Source of the DNA: Candidatus Dormiibacterota bacterium
GTDB taxonomy: Bacteria > Chloroflexota > Limnocylindria > Limnocylindrales > CSP1-4
DNA: 64,000 nt
Assembly (NCBI GenBank): GCA_035631615.1
Contig: DASQIK010000066.1
Coordinates: forward strand, 15,852-79,851
Direction: 5' to 3'
The translations under genes and the position numbers were made by a program. The notes beneath the pieces were generated by a model. It was not told where the DNA came from. It did not search any database and was given only the letters and a program-made list of their open reading frames with translations. Below, piece by piece: positions 35,737 through 42,320 of the stretch; within the stretch, counting starts at the first letter, position 1; each line of letters starts with the position of its first letter.

Positions 35737-37041
35737 TCACGCCGTGCCCCACACCGCGGCCGGCTGCTCAGCGTCGAGCTCGAGGATCGGATTGCCAGGC
35801 GCCTCGAACAGCCCGGCCGGCTCGATCTCATCTGCGCGCTCGGGTTCGGCCGCGAAGATGTGCGCCATCCGATCGCCGACCGTCGCGGCCTCGCGCGTGT
35901 GTCCCGCTTCACTCCACTCACTCCCCGAGTGACCAGAGTTATCGGGGACAGTACGCGCGCGCGAGACGTAGCCCTTCGCCGATCGCATGACCGCGCCGGT
36001 GTCGACGAGCTTGCTGACGAGGTGCTGAACGGACGTCCGCTCGAGGCCGGTCATGTCCGCGATCGCCTTCGGGAACAGCGGACCGTGCGATTCGATCACT
36101 CGGAACACTTGCATACGCTCGAACGAGGCTTCGGGCAGGGCGGCCGGCGCGGCACGCCAGAGTCCGTCGACGAATCGGACCGGCACCTCGGCCTCGGCGA
36201 CGTCGCGGCCGGTCACGTCGAGCGTCCCGAACTCCTCGTGGCGCTTGCGCCGGACGACGATGACCGTGTCTGCCGAGCCGGCGATGCCGTAGGTGCCCGA
36301 GACGCTGGCCAGGAAGTCGTCGCTCGATTGCTTGCGAGCGTGGTGGACGATGACCAGGGCGGTCGGTCGATCGCGGAACAGCGCCTGGAGGCGGCCGAGG
36401 TCCTCGACGTCGACCTGGTAGGCGTTGCGCCGGCTGTCGCCGTGCGGGCGGACCTTGCCGAGCGTGTCGATTGCCACGACGGCCGCGTCGGCGTGAGCGT
36501 CGAGCCACGCGGCGATCGATTCCTCGAGCCCGGCGCCGATCATCGGCGCCGACCAGCGCACCTCGAGCCGGCCCTTCGGCATCGTGCGACCGGCGAGGGC
36601 GCCGCGGAGCCGCGCCTGGCCGCGACGGTGCCCGTCCTCGAGCGCGAGGTACAGGCTGGATCCGGAGGCGACGCGACGGCCGAGAAGCTCGCCGCCCAGA
36701 GCGACCTCGACGCACAGCTGATACACGAGGGTCGATTTGCCGATCTTCGGCTCGGCGGCGATGACCGTCGTGCCCTCGTACACGACGTCCGGAACGACCG
36801 CCCGAAGCGGTGCGAGCTCGAGCGCCAGGAGGTCGACGGCGTCGATGCCGCCCGCATCCCGCCGGAGCCGCTCAGCCCGTGACTCGGCGAGCTCGGTGGC
36901 AGTCGGTTGAGCGTCCCACCACGCCGGCGATCCGAGAACCGGCGCGACGGCCTCGGCTTCGCCCTCCGGATCCCGCGTCGCGAGCTCCACGCGCTCGTCG
37001 ATCGCTCGGTCACCGAGCCACGCGATCCGCTCTTCGGTCAC
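35737..37041 (-). CDS. AAA_25/RepA-like RecA-fold ATPase (replication/helicase-loader type of integrative elements) with C-terminal winged-helix
   Basis: ORF 35737..37122 trimmed to the GTG at 37039-37041, a GTGA overlap. Walker A AAEPKIGKST, Walker B VVAIDTLG, then LVIVHHARK. C-terminal FRVIESHGPLFPKAIADMTGLERTSVQHLVSKL. Confidence 0.75.
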   Translation of the reverse strand: MTEERIAWLGDRAIDERVELATRDPEGEAEAVAPVLGSPAWWDAQPTATELAESRAERLRRDAGGIDAVDLLALELAPLRAVVPDVVYEGTTVIAAEPKIGKSTLVYQLCVEVALGGELLGRRVASGSSLYLALEDGHRRGQARLRGALAGRTMPKGRLEVRWSAPMIGAGLEESIAAWLDAHADAAVVAIDTLGKVRPHGDSRRNAYQVDVEDLGRLQALFRDRPTALVIVHHARKQSSDDFLASVSGTYGIAGSADTVIVVRRKRHEEFGTLDVTGRDVAEAEVPVRFVDGLWRAAPAALPEASFERMQVFRVIESHGPLFPKAIADMTGLERTSVQHLVSKLVDTGAVMRSAKGYVSRARTVPDNSGHSGSEWSEAGHTREAATVGDRMAHIFAAEPERADEIEPAGLFEAPGNPILELDAEQPAAVWGTA

Positions 37042-37268
37042 GGCTGGAGCTCGAGCATCGCGAGCTGGGCCTCGAGGGCGGTCAGACGAGCGGCGGCGTC
37101 TGCGGCCGCTCGTGCCGCCCACTCGATCTGCCGCTCGAGGCGCCGACGCTGGCGCTCGGGATCAACCGCCCGGCCGGAGGTCGGCTCGCGACCGGGCGGC
37201 GACGAACGGACCCCGGCGGCCCATGCGCAAGCCGCCGAAGTGCGGCGCGGTGTGCGCTCAGTGCTCAT
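37038..37268 (-). CDS. small coiled-coil hypothetical protein
   Basis: 76 aa with 4-nt overlaps at both ends (ATGA and GTGA). The C-terminal half is helical (RRRLERQIEWAARAAADAAARLTALEAQLAMLE). Confidence 0.5.
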   Translation of the reverse strand: MSTERTPRRTSAACAWAAGVRSSPPGREPTSGRAVDPERQRRRLERQIEWAARAAADAAARLTALEAQLAMLELQP

Positions 37269-37516
37269 CGGGCCTTGGCCGCCATCTCGGCGATCGCCGA
37301 GCTCGGGACAACGCGCCGGCGGCCAATCGTCAGCGTCCGGAGCTCGCCCCGTTCGATCAGCTCGTACAGCGTCGATCGAGCGATGCCGCCGAGCGCCTGG
37401 CGCGCCTCGTCGACGTCCAGGAGCCGTTCAGGCTGGGCGGGCGCCTCGTTCCGCGAGGCAACCTCGGCGCGGAGCGCGTCGACGAGCTCGGCGACAGCCG
37501 CCTCGAGGCGCGTCAC
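37265..37516 (-). CDS. xis: excisionase-family (MerR-like) HTH DNA-binding protein
   Basis: LLDVDEARQALGGIARSTLYELIERGELRTLTIGRRRVVPSSAI is the classic Xis/AlpA-type pattern. GTG start overlaps the RHH stop (GTGA). Confidence 0.75.
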   Translation of the reverse strand: MTRLEAAVAELVDALRAEVASRNEAPAQPERLLDVDEARQALGGIARSTLYELIERGELRTLTIGRRRVVPSSAIAEMAAKAR

Positions 37517-37692
37517 CGGTCAGCCTTCGTCTCGCCGGTCCATCGCCGGTCCGCAGCACGCTCAGCGCGTTTGACCGCGTCCGTGAGCAGGACGGTGGCC
37601 TGGTCCCGCGTTCCCCGGAGCTCGCGACGGGCGATTTCGGCGAGGCGGTCCGCGACCGGATCCGGGAGCGTGACGCTGATTCGGCGGGCCAT
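37513..37692 (-). CDS. ribbon-helix-helix (CopG/Arc-like) protein
   Basis: ORF 37513..37824 trimmed to the ATG at 37690-37692. MARRISVTLPDPVADRLAEIARRE is a beta-strand plus helix RHH signature. First gene of the leftward operon. Confidence 0.6.
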   Translation of the reverse strand: MARRISVTLPDPVADRLAEIARRELRGTRDQATVLLTDAVKRAERAADRRWTGETKADR

Positions 37693-37700
37693 GCCCCGGA

Positions 37701-37780
37701 GGCTATGGTCCCGGCTGGTTGTCAGTGAAGGCTGGCGGTGGTCCGAAAATAGGTCCGAAAATCGAGGGCTATGCTCCGGC
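37701..37780. promoter_or_regulatory. divergent switch region with two direct-repeat pairs
   Basis: GGTCCGAAAAT at 37740-37750 and 37752-37762. GGCTATGGTCCCGGC (37701-37715) against GGCTATGCTCCGGC (37767-37780). Lies between divergent starts at 37692 (-) and 37785 (+). Confidence 0.55.
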
Positions 37781-37784
37781 CGCC

Positions 37785-38348
37785 ATGTCAACGCCCGACA
37801 AGCCGCCGAGCGGCGCCCAGCCAAGGCCGCGTCGGTCGCGCTTTCGCGAGCCGGATGACCCCGCGCTGGATGCGCCGCCTGACCGCCTTCTTGAGGCTGG
37901 TGACCGATTGAAGGCGGTCGTCGACGCCATGGGAGGGCTCAGCGGAGGCCGGCCCTTGTCGCGAATCGGCTCAGCGCTCGCGAAGATCCAAGGCGGCCCG
38001 CTGAACATTCGGACCTATGACGACATCCAGCTCGAGGCCTCCCGCAAGCGCGACGAGGCACTGCGCGTCGCGGTTGATTCAGTTGAGCCGTTCAACCTCG
38101 GGAAGCGGCCGGACCCAAGCCCCGAGGTTCTTGGGCTCCAGGAGATCGCGGCCGAGACCCGGAATGTGGCCAAGGCCGTCGCCGCGCTCTACGACCACGT
38201 CGCGCTCCAGGCGGAGATCGCCGGCCGGCAGGAGCGATCTGCGAGGTTCAGAGACAAGATCCTGATCGGTCTGACCATCGTGATCGCGATCTTCACTATC
38301 GTCATCGCTGCTCTGACTTGGGCCCTCGTCAACGCGAAGGCCGCCTAG
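37785..38348 (+). CDS. tail-anchored hypothetical membrane protein
   Basis: ORF 37719..38348 trimmed to the ATG at 37785 (MSTPDKPP...). Single C-terminal TM (ILIGLTIVIAIFTIVIAALTWALV). No HTH seen. Confidence 0.55.
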   Translation: MSTPDKPPSGAQPRPRRSRFREPDDPALDAPPDRLLEAGDRLKAVVDAMGGLSGGRPLSRIGSALAKIQGGPLNIRTYDDIQLEASRKRDEALRVAVDSVEPFNLGKRPDPSPEVLGLQEIAAETRNVAKAVAALYDHVALQAEIAGRQERSARFRDKILIGLTIVIAIFTIVIAALTWALVNAKAA

Positions 38349-38725
38349 CGTCGATCCTTGCCTTCGGCCCACCGCACCGCGCCGCGGCTGACGCCGAGCT
38401 GTGTCGCGATCGCCTGCTCGCTGCTGGGCTGGCCGGCCTCGACGAGACGTTGTCTGGCGGCGGCGACGGCCTCCGAGTTGGTTGCGGCGGGCGCGCCCGG
38501 TCGCGTTGGGCGGGGTTCCGGATGGTGCGCCTGGCGGCGTAGTGCGGCGATCCGCAACAACCAGCCGCGCTGGCCGGCGACGGACTTGTCGATCCCGCCG
38601 ACGGACATGAGGTCGTGCAGGACCTCCTTGTCCGTGTATCCCTGATCCAGGTCCCATTTGATCAGATCGTCGACTGGCGAAGGAAACCCGACGGGGTCCA
38701 TAGCGCGGCTGGCGAGGTCGCTCAC
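38345..38725 (-). CDS. hypothetical protein with C-terminal HTH-like segment
   Basis: 126 aa with a 4-nt overlap with the integrase stop. C-terminal SSEQAIATQLGVSRGAVRWAEG resembles a helix-turn-helix. Confidence 0.55.
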   Translation of the reverse strand: MSDLASRAMDPVGFPSPVDDLIKWDLDQGYTDKEVLHDLMSVGGIDKSVAGQRGWLLRIAALRRQAHHPEPRPTRPGAPAATNSEAVAAARQRLVEAGQPSSEQAIATQLGVSRGAVRWAEGKDRR

Positions 38726-39924
38726 GAGTCACCGCCCAGGGCGCGATCCATCGCGTCGGCCGCATCGCGGCGTTGTGCCGCCACGACGCCGGCGTAGCGG
38801 TCCGCGGTAACGGTGATCGTCGAATGACCGAGCGACTCGCTCACGACCTTCAACGGGACCCCGGCTGCCAGGAGCGCCGTCGCAGCGCTGTGCCGGAGTC
38901 CGTGGAAGGCAATCGAGGGGAGCCTGGCGGCCTCGAGCAGCCGGTGAAACGCGTGGTTGACGTCGTGGCCCTGCAACGGCCGGCCGCCGGCGTCCGTGAA
39001 CACGAGCCCGCGCGTGTCCTGCCAGGCAGAGCCGAACCGGTCCTTGGCGGCCGTTTGGAGCTCCGCCTGGCGCTCGAGGGCGGCGACCACGGCCGCGGGC
39101 AGGTTGATCGTGCGCCTGCTGTGCGCCGTCTTGGGCTCGGCGAAGTCCCAGCTCTGGACGAGCTCGCCGTCGGTGCGCTGCCAGGCGCGCGCCAGTGAGC
39201 GCGAGACCGTGAGGGTCCGAGCCTCGAGATCGACGTCGGTCCAGTACAGGCCGAGGAGCTCGCCCTGGCGCAGCCCGGTGGCCGCGGCGACCGTGACGAG
39301 CGGGCCGAGGGGATGGACCTTGGCGGCCATCAGGAGCCGGCGCAGCTGGTCCGTGGTCAGGTAGTCGCGACCGGCCTCGAGCGACCGCGTAGGGACGCGC
39401 GGCGGGCGCGCCAGGGCCGCGACGTTGCGATGGACCCGACCATCGCGCACGGCATCCGCCAAGGCCCGCCGCAGGACCGCCCGGGCGAGCGCAGCGGTCC
39501 GTGGCGACCGGCCCGACTCGATCAGGGCTGCGGTCATGTGCTCGACGTCGGCCGGCGTCATCTTGGCCAGGTCGAGTCGCCCGAGCGGCGGCGTGAGGTA
39601 TCGCCTGGTCGTCGACTCGTACTGGCGCCAGGTCGCCGCGCGGATCCGCTGCCGCGAGGCGACCAACCATTCCGCGAGGAACGTGTCGACGGTGCCGGGC
39701 GGCGCCGGCGCGGTGCCCTTGTCGAGCTCGTCGCGGATCTTCGTGAGCTCCTTGCGGATCTCCTTCCGAGTCCGCCCGGACACGACGCGCCGCCGGCGAT
39801 CGCCGTGGGCGTCGGTCCACGCGATCGCGCCGCGCAGCCGGCCGTCGGCCGTCTCGTAGATCGATCCTTCGCCGTTGCCTCGCCGTGGCGCCTTCTCGCC
39901 GGCGGGCCGTTTGGCGCGGGTCAT
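38722..39924 (-). CDS. int: tyrosine recombinase / phage-type integrase
   Basis: 400 aa. Catalytic signature ATGLRQGE (Arg), HGLRHSAAT (H-x-x-R), LGHSTITVTADRYAGV (His, Tyr). N-terminal SAM-like domain. Confidence 0.95.
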   Translation of the reverse strand: MTRAKRPAGEKAPRRGNGEGSIYETADGRLRGAIAWTDAHGDRRRRVVSGRTRKEIRKELTKIRDELDKGTAPAPPGTVDTFLAEWLVASRQRIRAATWRQYESTTRRYLTPPLGRLDLAKMTPADVEHMTAALIESGRSPRTAALARAVLRRALADAVRDGRVHRNVAALARPPRVPTRSLEAGRDYLTTDQLRRLLMAAKVHPLGPLVTVAAATGLRQGELLGLYWTDVDLEARTLTVSRSLARAWQRTDGELVQSWDFAEPKTAHSRRTINLPAAVVAALERQAELQTAAKDRFGSAWQDTRGLVFTDAGGRPLQGHDVNHAFHRLLEAARLPSIAFHGLRHSAATALLAAGVPLKVVSESLGHSTITVTADRYAGVVAAQRRDAADAMDRALGGDS

Positions 39925-40469
39925 GACGCACCGCCGTTCCAGAGCCGGCGCACGCGGCCGCCGAGCTCGGCGTCAGGGATCGCGACGTCGTCGACGAGCC
40001 TGGCGACTGCCTCGAGGCGTGCCAGGCGCGCCTTCGCCTCGCGTTCGCGTTCGGCTCGAGCTGCCGCCTCGGCATCGCGCTCAAGGGCGCTGTCGCATCG
40101 TCGGCAGGCCTCGGAGGGAGCTCCGGGTGCCACGAGCAACCGCGGGCGATTCCCCGCGCGGCGCGGCCACCCGCTCGCCGGCTCGCCGACGTATGCGCTC
40201 ACCGCCTCGCGGAGCGCCCAGCCCGGTCGGTAGTGGCTGCAGCGGAGAGAGATCGAGCCGCTGCGACCGTTCCACCCGGTGACCAGGTGCCAGGGACCGA
40301 TCGGCTCGGTGACGCCATCGAGGTCGGTCCGCGCGGCACGGATCCACGAGCCCGCCGGGGGCAGGCCTGCAGGCGCCGGGTCAAGATCCTGGAGATCCGA
40401 GAGCCGGTCGCTGGCCAGCTCATTCAGCTCGGCGAGCTGTTTCTCGAGCTCGCGCCACGGCTCGCTCAT
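39921..40469 (-). CDS. hypothetical Cys-motif protein, paralogue B
   Basis: ORF 39921..40907 trimmed to the ATG at 40467-40469 (ATGA overlap). Shares PPAGSWIR, GPWH..TGW, LRC...GW and ACRRC with the gene upstream. Coiled-coil ends. Confidence 0.6.
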   Translation of the reverse strand: MSEPWRELEKQLAELNELASDRLSDLQDLDPAPAGLPPAGSWIRAARTDLDGVTEPIGPWHLVTGWNGRSGSISLRCSHYRPGWALREAVSAYVGEPASGWPRRAGNRPRLLVAPGAPSEACRRCDSALERDAEAAARAEREREAKARLARLEAVARLVDDVAIPDAELGGRVRRLWNGGAS

Positions 40470-41131
40470 GACACACCGCCGGCAACCAAGCGAAGCCGCG
40501 GTCGCGGATGGCACCGTCGGCAGGCGTCGACTGTGGGGAGCTCGTCGATCGCGACGTAGTCGTGCGAGGTTTCGCCCGTCGAGAAGTTCTCGTCGCGGAG
40601 CGTCGCCGACCAGCCGCACTTCATGCGGCCGCGGATCCAGTGCGTCCGACGATCGACCTCGGACCAATCGCCCGAGAAGATGTGCCAGCCGCCGTCCCAT
40701 CTGGGTTCTGCGAGAGGGCTCGTCCGGCGACTGGACCGGCGCTGGCCGGGTCGCGGGACGTAGCGCGACCGGATCCAGAGCCCAGCCTGGGGCGGGGCGA
40801 ACGGCAGCGCGTCTGGCGTTGCGAGCTCGTTGGCGATCGCCCCCGCCAGACCGCTCGCGACACCGTACAGGGCGGAGGTCGCCGCGGCGGCCATGATCCG
40901 CTTGCATGCGTCGATATCGAGGTCGGCGCCGAGCTCGTCCAGAACAAGCTCCGCCGGCTCAACGACGGTCCTCGCCAACTCCCGGGCGAGCGTGAGCAGC
41001 TGCGTTGGCGGAGGATCATTGGGCTTCGCCGTCGCGAGGCCCCACCGGGTGATGCCGAGGCGCTCGAGCGCGCCCCAGACCTCCTCGCGGGCCGCATCGT
41101 GACGGCCGGACCATCCCATAGACTGAGCCAT
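40466..41131 (-). CDS. hypothetical Cys-motif protein, paralogue A
   Basis: 221 aa. C-terminal PPQAGLWIR...GGWHIFSGDW...MKCGWSATLRDE...DACRRCH parallels paralogue B. First gene inside the tRNA-proximal att site. Confidence 0.6.
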   Translation of the reverse strand: MAQSMGWSGRHDAAREEVWGALERLGITRWGLATAKPNDPPPTQLLTLARELARTVVEPAELVLDELGADLDIDACKRIMAAAATSALYGVASGLAGAIANELATPDALPFAPPQAGLWIRSRYVPRPGQRRSSRRTSPLAEPRWDGGWHIFSGDWSEVDRRTHWIRGRMKCGWSATLRDENFSTGETSHDYVAIDELPTVDACRRCHPRPRLRLVAGGVS

Positions 41132-41227
41132 GTCGCGGTGCCTCCTAACAGGCTTCGCGATTGGCGCCCGTCGACTAACCCTCGGCGGGCGTCTCGCTGT
41201 CCGCGAGTATACGCACGTTTCCGAGAC

Positions 41228-41249
41228 GCGTTGCTACCGCGTTGCTACC
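41228..41249 (+). repeat. tandem 11-bp repeat GCGTTGCTACC x2 (putative integrase arm-type site)
   Basis: Read directly. Same core and orientation as 28110-28135. Lies 60 bp inside the tRNA-proximal att core. Confidence 0.8.
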
Positions 41250-41260
41250 ACCGGGCATGA

Positions 41261-41294
41261 GTCGACCCCTCCGGCGAGGCCGCGAGGGGTCGAT
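41261..41294. terminator. perfect 10-bp GC-rich hairpin just downstream of the tRNA-Lys 3' end
   Basis: TCGACCCCTC (41262-41271), a 12-nt loop, then GAGGGGTCGA (41284-41293). TTTACGTT follows on the plus strand. The minus strand, where the tRNA is read, has no U-tract. Confidence 0.45.
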
Positions 41295-41308
41295 TTACGT
41301 TCAGAAAG

Positions 41309-41384
<76 letters not shown>

Positions 41385-41418
41385 GCGAGCGCGGAGGATA
41401 CCCCAGTTCGGCCCCTGG

Positions 41419-41979
41419 CTACCGCAGCTCGCCTTCCAGCATGTCCATCAGCAGGCCGTCGTGGAACGTGCCGTCCTGGCCGCGCTCGTACCGGCGCATG
41501 ACGCCGACGGGCTTGAAGCCGACCTTCTCGTAGGTGTGGATCGCGCGGGCGTTGGCGGCCGCCGGATCGATCGTCAGGCGGTGGTGACCGCGGACCTCGA
41601 GGAGGTACCGCGCCATCGTTCGAACGGCATCGGTGCCGACGCCCCGGCCCTGGAAGCGCGAGTGCAGGAAGACGTCGATCCCGGCGTGGCGATAGTCGGG
41701 CTCGAGCTCCTCGTGGTACTGGATGCTGCCGGCAAACCGGCCGTCGACCTCGACGCCGAAGACGACGACGTCCGGATCGATGGCGATCAGCTCGTCGGTG
41801 CTCACCTCCGGCCCGCGCGAGTCCCACCATTCGGCGACGGTCGGGTCGGACAGGACCTCGATCAGGGCCTCGCGGTCGGACGGCCGCAGCGGCCGGAGGT
41901 GGACGATCTCGCCGTCGAGCGTGGGGATCGGGTCGCCGAAGCGGTCGCGCGGCGGCGCGTCAGGCTCGACGGAGCTCAC
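41419..41979 (-). CDS. GNAT-family N-acetyltransferase
   Basis: ORF 41419..42414 trimmed to the GTG at 41977-41979 (GTGA overlap). LRPLRPSD...IDVFLHSRFQGRGVGTDAVRTM...NARAIHTYEKVGF is a GNAT motif A/B pattern. Confidence 0.8.
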   Translation of the reverse strand: MSSVEPDAPPRDRFGDPIPTLDGEIVHLRPLRPSDREALIEVLSDPTVAEWWDSRGPEVSTDELIAIDPDVVVFGVEVDGRFAGSIQYHEELEPDYRHAGIDVFLHSRFQGRGVGTDAVRTMARYLLEVRGHHRLTIDPAAANARAIHTYEKVGFKPVGVMRRYERGQDGTFHDGLLMDMLEGELR

Positions 41980-42317
41980 CGCGGCGGGACCTGGTCGCGC
42001 AGCTTCGCCGGCGCCGCGGAGCGCCAGGCATCGCGCAGGAGCCTCTCGAGCACCGGGCGGTCGACGCGCGCCAGCACGACGGTGACCCACCCGAACCGGC
42101 CGGTGTAGGGCGCGCTGGCGAACGTCTCGGGCTCGAGATCGATGAGCTCGGCCTGCGCCATCGCCGTGGCCTTCACCGAGATGCGGTCCGTGCCCTCGCC
42201 GCCGATGACGAAGATCTTGTTCCGAATCCGGAACGTGACGTCGGTCTCCCAGGTGAGGATCTCCTCGACCTCGGGGAGCGCCAGCGCGATCGAGCGAACG
42301 TCGTCGAAGGTCGGCAT
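41976..42317 (-). CDS. MmcQ/YjbR-family protein
   Basis: 113 aa. FDDVRSIALALPEVEE...TFRIRNKIF...ISVK...GWVTV is the YjbR-like pattern. Confidence 0.7.
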   Translation of the reverse strand: MPTFDDVRSIALALPEVEEILTWETDVTFRIRNKIFVIGGEGTDRISVKATAMAQAELIDLEPETFASAPYTGRFGWVTVVLARVDRPVLERLLRDAWRSAAPAKLRDQVPPR

Positions 42318-42320
42318 CTG

